Part shown: piece by piece, positions 1 to 10,084 of the stretch | How the letters are laid out: every line of letters starts with the position of its first letter | Numbering within the stretch: position 1 is the first letter of the stretch | Assembly: GCA_000934665.2 (NCBI GenBank) | Contig: KZ538165.1 | Span: forward strand, 1-64,000 | Reading direction: 5' to 3' | Source: Catajapyx aquilonaris | Taxonomy: Eukaryota | DNA length: 64,000 nt | The notes under the pieces: model-generated | Told to the model about the DNA's origin: nothing | Database searches by the model: none | Seen by the model: only the letters and a program-made list of their open reading frames with translations | Made by a program: the position numbers and the translations under genes

Positions 1-157
1 GTGGCGACCCTACCGGACTAAGGCTGAACTTTATAGGTACGAAAGGGGGGGCTACATTGGGGGGCCCAACATGGCCGGCGGCGGCCATGTTGGGTCATCA
101 TGTAGCCCTCCCCTTTCGTACCTATAAAGTTCAGCCTTAGTCCGGTAGGGTCGCCAC
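1..157. repeat. Near-perfect fold-back (hairpin) centred at ~79, probably the core of a MITE whose left arm runs off the window
   Basis: 1-77 (gtggcgaccctaccggactaaggctgaactttataggtacgaaagg...) is the reverse complement of 82-157 (...cctttcgtacctataaagttcagccttagtccggtagggtcgccac), with a few mismatches. Confidence 0.85.
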
Positions 158-336
158 TTGTCGTGGCTCCGAAATGTCTCATGGCGGTCTCAGGTGAGAA
201 CTCGCTGCAAAATGCCTCAGCAGGTGATAACGCCAGAACGTAGTATAAGTGTCCGTGGGCTGGATGCAACGTTGCCAACCGTCGAGTTGCCCAACCCCGA
301 CCGCGTTAAGGTGCGGATAAACAATAGTTTATCCAA

Positions 337-623
337 CGAAAGTTGCTCGGCGTAAGGTACAGTCCACGGTCAGGTCTGTACACATCTGCAGGAGGGTACC
401 CCCTAGTGCATCAAAAGAGAATGAAAAAGCAAAACGAGCCAGCAATGATGGCGAATGTGTTAGCTTCATCCATGCTTATTGAGCAGCAGGCTGTTGCGCA
501 TTTTTTGTAAACGAAAGGCAAAACGACCCATGGACATGACAGAAGAGTATGGGAACACCTGTACTCTCAGCAGATGTTTACAGACCTGACCATGGACCTG
601 CCCTTACACCGAGTGACCTTCGT
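337..623. mobile_element. Degenerate inverted-repeat element (MITE-like)
   Basis: acgaaagttgctcggcgtaagg...gtccacggtcaggtctgtacacatctgc (337-389) pairs with gcagatgtttacagacctgaccatggac...ccttacaccgagtgaccttcgt (570-623). Confidence 0.6.
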
Positions 624-937
624 CTCTTTGCCCCGTTGAAAAAAAAAAAGGTCTTATAGGAAAAAAAACTAACTTCTAAAAACGTGGCAGCTTTTAACCT
701 TGTGCCACTGTGGAACCAAAGCATGAACAGAAATGGTTCATATGTTAAAAAATAGCCAAAATTGTCCTTTGCTGCCACCTATAAAACATTTGTTATTGAC
801 ACTAAACTTGGCTCAAACAAAATTATTGTGCGTTACTTATTGATTTGCCTTTGTATATCACACAACTGCTGGTCTATGCTCTGAATTTGCAAGCTGTAAT
901 GGAAATAACCTCCAATCAAATTCATAAGTTTAGTTAC

Positions 938-1040
938 CTGAGTAAGACAAGCCCCATGACTCGGAATTAAGTCCAATCAAACTGCAGAAGTCATGATCAT
1001 GATGTAGGAGATCTGCAGCTTCAGTACATATACCCACCAT
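938..1040 (-). CDS. SPSB3: SPRY domain-containing SOCS box protein 3-like, coding exon 3 (gene continues left of the window)
   Basis: ttacag|ATG...TCAG|gtaa; translates MVGICTEAADLLHHDHDFCSLIGLNSESWGLSYS(G), matching the SPSB3 SPRY motif MVGIGT...FCSLLG....SWGLSY.G. Confidence 0.88.
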
Positions 1041-1094
1041 CTGTAATCAAGTATGTAACAGCATGTTTCAAATTGCATGTCACACCACACTTAC

Positions 1095-1285
1095 CATGTC
1101 AGTGCCATATACAGGGGTAATCATTTTAATCTCCCAATAATGATGATACCCCTTTACAAAAGGGACAGTTCCTCTGCCAGCAGCAGTTCCAGAGCTGTAT
1201 TCAGCATGAAACCGAATATCCCGCTTGTCATCACTTAGGTAGGCAGAATAGGAGATGTTCTTAACATCAAATGTCCAGTCAAATT
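1095..1285 (-). CDS. SPSB3: SPSB3-like coding exon 2
   Basis: ttttgcag|AA...ATG|gtaag; (E)FDWTFDVKNISYSAYLSDDKRDIRFHAEYSSGTAAGRGTVPFVKGYHHYWEIKMITPVYGTDM matches the SPSB3 FDW...FH.EYS.GTAA.RGT...HFWEIKM.SPVYGTDM; phases agree with both neighbours; followed by a 54-bp intron. Confidence 0.9.
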
Positions 1286-2542
1286 CTGCAAAAAAGAATG
1301 AAAAAAATTACAAATTTTGCACAGAACCAAACACAAAAATGTTACCCACAGGAAGCAGGTAGGCACAGCACAATAGTGAAATTTCCCTCAAGACAATGTA
1401 ACAGACTCCGAGACGCAAACAACAATTGTAATATTTTAAAGTGCAGTATTGGTACGCAGTCATTTGGCAAAGGGCCATCAGGTTTAGTCCAAGCTCACGG
1501 AGCAAGAAAAAAGAAAATAAGAAAACTGGGGCAGAAGGTAATTCTGACTCAAATTGATAGTCTAGGACTGATCTTTGATTTTTAACTGCACATCATAGCA
1601 GTTGCAATATATTGTAGTGGGATTTCTTATGACTGAGCGAGATTTAAAATGCAAAACATGGACATTGGTTGCATCTACATCACAGACCCACACTCCAGAT
1701 GTCATATAACTGTCCCCAGTGAAACTGTGGTCACCTGCCCTTATGGCAGTTGGACCTGAATACGTCTGGCAGAATGTCCATTTCAGAAAATTTTCCAGCT
1801 CTCTTGCAATCTATATTTTTATCCCATTTTGTTCCAAAAGCCTGATATCTTCGATTTGCAACAATTTATTGGGGAAATGGCCCATATTATTTCCCCCTGA
1901 TATTCAAAGTGGTCAAACCACTACCTTGGGATGTTTTGACATGAAATAATCCATTTTCATCATTGTTAAAATACACAATGCTCTAATCTTCAGGTAACCT
2001 ATTACGGCAAAGATTTTCCAATCCAACATGTGAGACTGCTGGCCAATCTCTGTAATGGAACTACGTCATTCATGGATCAAGAATACAAGTTTAACAATTA
2101 CCACAGTAACCACTGTAGCCCACCTAATTTTATACTTCAAATTTTTTAAATGTACATTTTTATTCATGTCACTTCTTTGCAGCACACATGAATCAATGCA
2201 ACTGTTCCAAAAGTCCCCACATACAACTTACTCCATTCTTTGTAATATCCCCACACACTAACATTATTAACAATATTCTTTTCTGTCCTTGTTGTTAACA
2301 TTCTTTTCGCTGACATCATATTGTAAGACAATAATATTATACCTGCAACTGACTCCCCATCATTTAATCATAGCGGGATGTTGGAAAAAACCACTGGGTC
2401 ACATGAACTCCATATTGCACCTAGTGCTTTGCAGATAAAATCAAATCCCTGCATCTGATTCCTCTTAGTTTCAAGTTGGACCAACTATCCTGACACTCTA
2501 CCTTTCCACAATTCCCAAAAGGATGAATAGTTGCGTAAGTAC

Positions 2543-2672
2543 CTGTTTCATCTTCCCCACAGTGGCACTCATTGTTCTTATTCTGGTCTTTCCAACAATC
2601 ACAAATAGGGCGACCAACTACTCGAGTGAAGTAGGGCTGCTGGTTCCTCCAATTGGAAAACATTCTGGACAT
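2543..2672 (-). CDS. SPSB3: SPSB3-like coding exon 1 (probable start ATG at 2672; splice acceptor just upstream at 2685-2684)
   Basis: MSRMFSNWRNQQPYFTRVVGRPICDCWKDQNKNNECHCGEDET + G|gtac; splicing to exon 2 gives CHCGEDETEFDW, matching SPSB3 CHCGEEDEYFDW. Confidence 0.82.
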
Positions 2673-2868
2673 CACCAACACCACTGCAACAAAGTCAACA
2701 GTTAACTGTTTGAAGATGTGAATAACATAATGTTGTGTAACTGTGAATGAAGAAAGAGTTTATTTTCAAAAGATAGTGGAGAGATTTGATCTAACTTAAA
2801 TAATTAATAAGTTTTTTCACCCTTTGCCCTTCACTGTGCTTTAACTAATTGCACCATAACAATTTTAA

Positions 2869-3340
2869 CCCTTAACTACGTAGGTGGAGCCTGAGAGGCT
2901 CCAAGCACTATTTAAACGCATATAACTTTTTCATTGAATTTTATTTTCCACTCTCCTTCCGTGACTTTGTCAGAAAAACCTTCCTAAGCATGAAAAGGAA
3001 AGAAAAAATTTTTTAGTCCCTATTCTTTGGTTTTAAAAAAATCGTAACGAGGAACAGGTCCCTCTAACCACTCAGGCTATCCCTATGCAGGTGAAGCCAG
3101 AGCGGCTCAAAGTTGTTGATGTAACCTTTTGATTAAAATTTTTTCCCTGTCAGAATATGCTGACTCAGCGTGTGATTTTTACGTTTTCGGAAGCCTAATG
3201 ATCTGAACTGCACTTTCTGTACATGTGAAAAGTCCAATATAACAATTGAGTTGATAAGCATAAATTTAAATATACCGTTGGAGCCTCTCAGGCTCCACCT
3301 ACGTAGTTAAAGGTGTTTCGCCCACCTACGTAGTTAAGGG
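2869..3340. mobile_element. piggyBac-type MITE
   Basis: TTAA at 2865-2868 and 3341-3344; termini CCCTTAACTACGTAGGTGG / CCACCTACGTAGTTAAGGG; extra subterminal inverted repeat at the right end (ttggagcctctcaggctccacctacgtagttaa). Confidence 0.9.
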
Positions 3341-3784
3341 TTAAATGTGCTATTTGAAGCAGAGTTAAGGCAAGATCCTGTAAGATCTTCCAGGATGTAA
3401 TGATAACTCAAATTGTTTTAATAATATGTACAGTTATCATTTGTGGAAATAAGAAAAGTTTTCCCACAATACTTCAGCACACCATACAGCCAATTGAGCA
3501 CTGGACCCTAGTCCCACATTCAGAAACTGCAAGATTTGCCTTAACCTCCTCAGATCTGAGGTCAAATGGGGCATTTAACGGTCACCACTTGCAAAAGAAT
3601 ATTAAAATATCATCGCATGTGTGTAGAAAGATATAGAATATGATACATGAGGTCCCAACAACTACTTTCTAACCACAACCTGAAAAAAAATTAGAACCTG
3701 CATACCCACCGTGATCGTGTGAAGTATCACCGGTTATACCAGGGGTCTGAGGAGATTAATGTCATAAATGCCAGAAAACTACTA

Positions 3785-4341
3785 CCGTATTTACTCGCAT
3801 ATAAGACGCACACGCGTATAAGACACACCCCGGTTTTGAGGCGAAAAATCGTGGAAAATCGGTTGTTGACTCATATAAGACGCACCCAGATTTATTGCCG
3901 TACTAGTTTGGGAACTGGCCTCGAGCTGCCGGCAGCAACCTCGTGTGCAATGCATGTGCAATGCATGTGCGTGTGGAATCCATTAGAATCCAGTAAAAAG
4001 TGGGGGCAAGTGGAAAATGGGACAATGCTACGCATCTGAAACGTATATGTGGCAAGGTCACACCGGAATTGTGCACGTGTGTGGACGGGGGGAGCATATC
4101 TATGGAAGTAAAGGAGAAACGCAGGTCGTACCGTGCCGATTTCAAGAGGAAAGTGATCAACTGTGCTGACAGGACATCAAACCGACAAGCTTAAATTTTT
4201 CAATAAACGATTTTCACGATTTCTCACGGGTTTCACCCGTTGTGCCCTGCCGTATAAGACGCACACGCGTATAAGACGCACCCTACTTTTTGAGCTACAA
4301 AAATCGGAAAAAAAGTGCGTCTTATATGCGAGTAAATACGG
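3785..4341 (+). mobile_element. pogo/Tc2-type internal-deletion derivative retaining the start of the transposase (Brinker-type DNA-binding domain)
   Basis: TA-flanked TIR CCGTATTTACTCGCATATAAGACGCAC; repeated TATAAGACGCAC subterminal motifs; 4102-4190 encodes MEVKEKRRSYRADFKRKVINCADRTSNRQA, resembling the POGK-like RRSY.A.FK..V...A....N.QA motif. Confidence 0.85.
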
Positions 4342-5234
4342 TAGTTGCTATTGTACTGAACATAATTAATATCAAAGTGGTGGATCCAAATCACAATTAC
4401 TAAGGTACCCCTACTTTGATCAAACGTAGACAAAAGAAGTGTCAAGCACCAACAAGCCAATTGTCCTATAATGTCACCTGTAAGGGATCTTGGAAATATT
4501 TTCAAGATAATTCCTAAGTGGTTCAGTTAAGTTATAGGTAAAACAAGTCAGTTTTCCTGTAAAAGCAAGACATTTTTTCCAGGACTCTGTGTGAGGATTT
4601 TAAGAGCAAATTCTACAGGACAAATTGTGCCCATTGGTGACATAAGGCTTATGAAAATCATGTTAAAAATATATGAACATGTTCCCAAGAAGGGCTGTTT
4701 GGCTGTAAGAAAATGTTTTAAAAATCCCCCTCTCAACTATATAACAGCATGATACACATACCTTGTAGCTACTATACTATCCCACCATACTAATCAATGC
4801 ATTTCTGGGGTACCATATTTTGTAAGCTCAAAAAAAACCTTCATGGTAAAATTTCCTATCTAGTTATGTATAATATAGCAGAACTCTTTGGAAAAAGCTT
4901 ATTGTGAATCCCAATTTGCAGTAGCAGGCTGCTAGCACAGACTTAGGAGTAGGATGAAAATTCCACCTTAAATCAATAATATCTAATCAGGTTGATGGGC
5001 AGGTTTACCTCCAGAGAAATGGAACAATGAGTAAGTTGACACCTCAAACAATGGAGTGGAGGAAAACATGAATGATCAGGCTATTTAGCCTCAGTTGTCC
5101 ATAAACTCCAATCCAAATCCCCAACAGGATCTACCAATGGGAATGTACATTCACAATTGGAGGAAATAAAGCATTACATTTTTTTCTATTACCCCCATTC
5201 TTGGAAATGTCAACTTGGACTGCTTTCAACCCTA

Positions 5235-5962
5235 TGAGGGTCAGTCAATGAATTCTCAGCCTGATATAGGAGTTGACATATAAAGGCCCATACACACAGG
5301 TGGTCGATAGTTTTGGTCTTTGGTCGCGTTGACGCCGCGGACCAATCAACAAGCGCAACACAAGTGTTGAGCTTGTTTACATGAGTCATGATTGGTCCAC
5401 GGCGTCAAAGTGACCAAAGACCAAAACCGTCGACCGCCTGTGTGTATGGGCCTTTATATGGATGTGCTGCCACTGAATTATAGTGGCACCCATTAGAACA
5501 CCACCTGCAAAGTTTCATTGTGATTGTATCATTCCCCTGGGAGTATGGGACACTTGAGATGGTGAGAGTGTGGGTTCTTCTGACGATGGAGAACACCCAC
5601 ACCTCATGCATCGCACTGGTCACTGCTGACAATTGTGGCTTTGAACTTCTCCCCCCCATCCCTCAGATTTGGCTTCCTCTGACTACTTGTGAACTACCCT
5701 CTGTTCCCAAAAATGAAAGATATCCTGCATGGGACTCGTTTTGCCAGAGACAGTGTGAGCGAAACGACTGAGCATGGGTGTTCTCCATCATCAGAAGAGC
5801 CCACACTTTCAACATCTCAAGTGTCCCTTACTTCCAGCGGAATGATGCGATCACAATGAAACTTTGCGGATGGTGTTCTAGTGAGTGCCACTATAATTCA
5901 GTGGCAACACATCCTTATATATCAACTCCACGTCAGACCGAGAATTCATTGACTGACCTTCA
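5235..5962. mobile_element. mariner-derived fold-back element with ~190-bp arms and a central transposase remnant
   Basis: gagggtcagtcaatgaattctc / gagaattcattgactgacc ends; 5457-5600 is the inverse of 5775-5920; frameshifted GFELLP...SDLASSDY...LFPKMKDILHGTRF (mariner YSPDLAPSDY region) at ~5635-5742. Confidence 0.8.
5284..5453. mobile_element. PIF/Harbinger-type hairpin MITE nested in the left arm of the mariner fold-back
   Basis: TIR AGGCCCATACACACAGG / CCTGTGTGTATGGGCCT flanked by taa/tta; absent from the matching right arm. Confidence 0.8.
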
Positions 5963-6110
5963 CATACACTGTACTTTGAAATAACTAATATCTAATGCAT
6001 AATATTGGTTGTAGAAATTCATATGTATGAACACTACTAGAATCAGAACAATACACCTCTTGTTTTAGCACACAGAAGTCTGTCACCTTGAATACAATAA
6101 CTTATTTTAA

Positions 6111-6979
6111 CCCTGGAACCGTGCCGGGGGGTCTTTTTGGACCCCAAGGAATTAAAATTGATTAAAATGATGATTACAATGAACTTTTGCCATTTTTTTT
6201 TACAGTATATAACAGGAAGTGCAAGTTCATTTTGAATTAGCAATCATTTTAGGCATACTGTAAAACTTCCATAAGTCGAACTTCCCTAAGTGGAAGTTCT
6301 CTATAAGTCGAAGAAAATGATGAGCTTGGTTGGTCACAATGTAAAATAATAGGAAATAAACTTCCCTAACTCGAAGTTCTCCATAACTCGAAGTGCAGGC
6401 AGGGCCTTACGATGGGATATCAATGCATTTTCAGTCTCTCTAAGTCGAAGTTCATGTTGGCGGGTACGGAAAATATTTTTTCATTTCCCAGCCAAAGGGT
6501 CGAGAGTAGCCCACGAGTACAGAAAGGCTCAATTTCCTGATCTCCGTCTACCAGACGTACCAAAAGAAGTGTTTGACTCTATTGAATTCCTTGAATCTAA
6601 GAGTAGTCAAATGTCCATAACGGAGATTTCTTTTTGCAACAAAACAACGAGGAACATTGTAGGTGTGATAGTGACAGTTATTTCTAAGTTTTGAACACCT
6701 TTCGTTTCTGGATATAAGGGTATAGGCTTCCTTATAGAGTGATGTGTTTTAAAAATTCCAAACTTCTCTAACTCGAATCTTCTATAACTCGGAAGTTTTT
6801 TCCCGGTCCCAGGGAGATTCGACTTATAGAAGTTTTACTGTAGTTCAAAGAATGATTGCATATAGTCCATACATTGAAAAGTATTATATAAAAATTAATA
6901 AAAATTAAAATATGGATGGGGTCCGAAAAGATCCCACGGCACGGTTGCCGTAACTTGCAGGCATGGTTCGGTTCCAGGG
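6111..6979. mobile_element. piggyBac-type MITE (copy 1), interrupted by a Tigger-like insert
   Basis: TTAA|CCCTGGAACCG ... CGGTTCCAGGG|TTAA; an uninterrupted sister copy lies at 41877-42166. Confidence 0.9.
6258..6840. mobile_element. Tigger/pogo-type MITE nested at a TA
   Basis: TA|CTGTAAAACTTCCATAAGTCGAA ... TTCGACTTATAGAAGTTTTACTG|TA; multiple TAAGTCGAAG/TAACTCGAAG subterminal repeats; empty site visible in the 41877 copy (ggcattgttcaaag). Confidence 0.88.
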
Positions 6980-6986
6980 TTAAAGA

Positions 6987-7599
6987 CTTAGACCATATAT
7001 ACCAGTAGACGCTCCCCTCCCGTTTACGAGCAAGTGAAAAAGTGGGCCCAACATCTCCGAGGGGGGGATCACGTGACTTAGGGCAAAAGGGAGCCTTATG
7101 GCGATTCTGACTATCTTTGCACTGTCACTGTCAGGCACCTTTTGGGACTAAAAATATGTAATGCATACCAAATGAAAGCTCCACTCAAGCCCCGTCTCAT
7201 GCTGTACATCTCCATCCGAGAAGTTGAACGGGGCAGGACATATCAAATCCTACACTTTGTCATTGTTTCTCGCCGTAAGTGCAATTTGTGTTACTACATC
7301 ACTCAAACAACCACATTAATATGTTCCAAATTTTAATACGTTGTCAAGACAATCTTCCTCTGCATATTTCACCAACTCGGGGCCAATTATCGAGGTTGAT
7401 TTAATTATTCGAAAATAAAAAAGTGAGCGTATGAGTGATATCGGAACTTAGGGCAGCTTGAGTTAGGTACTTATGGATCAAAGTCCGTACACAACCTATA
7501 AATCTATAATAATAATAATAATAATAATAATAGCAGCAGCAGAAGCAGCAAGCTTATTATTATTATCATCATCATCATCATCATTACTGCTACTATTGC

Positions 7600-7637
<38 letters not shown>

Positions 7638-8164
7638 ATTATTATTATTATAGGTTTTGTATGGACTTTGGTCCATCAGTACCTAACTCAAGCTGCCCTA
7701 AGTTCTGATATCACTCATACGCTCACTTCTTTATTTTCGAATAATTAAATCAACTTCGATAATAATCAGCCCCGAGATGGTGAAATATGCAGAGGAAGAT
7801 TGTCTTTACGACATTAAAATTTGGAGCATTTTAATGTGGTTGTTTGAGTGGTGTAGTAACACAAACTGCACTTACGGCGAGAAACAATGACGAAGTGTTG
7901 GATTTTTTATGTCCTTCCCCGCTCAACTTCTCGGATGGAGATGTACGGCTTGAGTGGAGCTTTCATTTGGTATGCATTACATATTTTGAGTCCCAATAGG
8001 CGCCTCACAGTGACGGCGCAAAGATAGTCAGAATCGCCATAAGGCGCCACGCTAATTCGTATTCCCGCCTCCCTTTTGCCCTAAGTCATGTGATCCCCCC
8101 CTCGGAGATGTTGGGCCCACTTTTGAGAGGGAGAGGGAGTGTCTACTGGTATATATGGTCTAAG
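6987..8164. mobile_element. Large fold-back element (~540-bp arms, microsatellite centre) with 8-bp TSD; P/Galileo-like or hAT, family uncertain
   Basis: TIR CTTAGACCATATATACCAGTAGAC at both ends; TSD gttaaaga at 6979-6986 and 8165-8172; arms inverted along their length; centre (ATA)n/(GCA)n/(TCA)n/(TTA)n. Confidence 0.88.
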
Positions 8165-8175
8165 GTTAAAGATCA

Positions 8176-8278
8176 CACGGGCGCTTCAAAAATAGGATTC
8201 CCAAAAATTGTACACCATCTAAATAAAGGTCTGGCAGAAGGCCCCTTATGGGGCTAGCAGAAGGCCCAATCAATCAAT
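8176..8278 (+). mobile_element. Short 5'-truncated retroposon (LINE/SINE 3' end)
   Basis: 15-bp direct repeat taaggttaaagatca at 8161-8175 and 8279-8293; ends in a (CAAT)n tail after a small gcccc-ttat-ggggc hairpin. Confidence 0.65.
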
Positions 8279-9651
8279 TAAGGTTAAAGATCATTTGCAG
8301 TAAAATATGTCACAGTATGGCGTAAATATTCTTCAACTGTATCGAAAACTATATCAAATCTTGCAAAGGCATTCAAAGGCCTATTTTAGTACATGATTAC
8401 ATCTTCCAGACAAACAAAAAACTCCTAACCTTTGTGAGATAATGAAAAGGTCAGTGTCCAGTCATGGATGTAATAAATATGAAATCCTTATCCGGTTACT
8501 TATGACTACATGTAATTAAAAGCATCCTTCATCATGCCTCCCCTGCATGACATCAAATGATAACTTTTGTAATGTGCCAAGAAACGGGAAGGGAAAAAAT
8601 TATCACGTTCTATGCATCCGTCTGATCATAAGCATAAGTTCCAAATGTAACTGATGACCTTTAAACCTGGCTTTGTGTTATTTGATTCTGTTAGTCACAT
8701 GCACAGAATGGTGACTCAAGAGTGAACAATAAGACCATCTACAGCTCTTCTATCATGCAGAAACTTCATGTGAGCATGTGAGCAGTTGCAGGTTGTCACA
8801 TGACAATAAAAGCTCTCCAGCCATCACTTTGAACTATAGTCAATCTGATATCGGATCTGGTGCCACCTCAAAGAACTATCGCATTCTACTTCACTTTAGC
8901 ATTTATTTCAGTTTACAGTACTTTAAAATGGACTTAGTCCAGGTTTGGGTCTTAGGTGCCACAATGGACACAAGAAATGAGAGTAGCAGTAACTTTGCTA
9001 CAAACTTTTAAATAAAGGCTACTAGTTCCCAATGAGATTCACATTATATTTTTCTCCTCTGACTTACTGCCTTGTTTAGTGCACTGCTTATCAATTCTGA
9101 AGTTGCTACTGTAATAGTAATCCAATGTCCCAAAATGTACAATATTTATGCTCATTAATGCCTACCGATGATATGGTAAGTTTCCTCTTCCTTCTTCCGC
9201 TTCTTATTGCATGATGAAGTAACCTTTTGTGATCCTTATGTAATGTCTTGTGATAGTCTTCTAATTAGATCCCTGTGATGGACTTTGGACTTTTAGGAGA
9301 TCCTCTTTGAAAACCTCTTCTTTGTGACCTTCATGTATGCTCCAGGAAAGTCTAAAAACAGATTACAATAAGAAAAAAAAAATCAATGAAGTTTTTGGAA
9401 GCTGCCACAACTGGTATGATCAGATTAATTTGACAAATTTTCTTCACCATAGTGGCAGTTAAACAGCTATGATAAAACTTGAGTGAAATCAAGCCTGCCC
9501 TGCTTCATACCAGTATGCGGCAATATATTACTGTAACACTGAACTGCCAATACTGTGCAATATTGGGAAAATTTATACAAGCGTGAATTACAAACCACCA
9601 CTACTTTTAAACATGAATGCCTTTGTTGCTGTTTTCCCATTGTAAGCTATA

Positions 9652-10084
9652 CAGGGTGGAGTGAAATTCGCACGTAATCGTCAGGTAGACTGATAGTACT
9701 TGCAATACTAATATATAGGGATGTGCAAGTAGTTTTTGGTGCCGTTGCGTAGTTAATGCGTACAGAGCCTTTAAAGTGTAGAGTGTCAGATGGTAGAATA
9801 CGAGGTAAAAACGACAAAGTGCACCGATGTCGTACCCGGATTCTTACTTGGACAGGAGTTGATCACCTATTGCACATGGACGATGCGTTACAAACCCAAG
9901 TCCGGATTATTCATAGGCCCTCCAGCTGACTTTCGCTTCTTTGAAACAGACGAAGAGGATGTGACGTCATGAAACTTTAAAGGCGCCATACGCATTAACT
10001 ACGCAATGGGGCCCAAAACTAATTGCAGATTCCTATATTAGTTTCGCAAGTACTATCAGTCTACCTGGTGATCCCTTCATCCTG
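9652..10084. mobile_element. Tc1/mariner-type MITE
   Basis: TA|CAGGGTG...CATCCTG|TA; arms caggtagactgatagtacttgc / gcaagtactatcagtctacctg and gcgtagttaatgcgta / tacgcattaactacgc. Confidence 0.75.

Noticed and set aside
578..900. Candidate fourth SPSB3 exon (acceptors near 894 and 780)
   Set aside because: In the required phase both hit stops quickly and lack the expected GxxIGVHLD motif; the rest of the gene is probably left of the window
7473..7748. 91-aa ORF with poly-I/A/S/L that looks like a membrane protein
   Set aside because: Translation of the microsatellite hinge of the fold-back element
9170..9355. Exon-like purine-rich minus-strand segment after a tttttag acceptor
   Set aside because: The frames I translated close early; at most a non-coding SPSB3 leader exon, unsupported without transcripts
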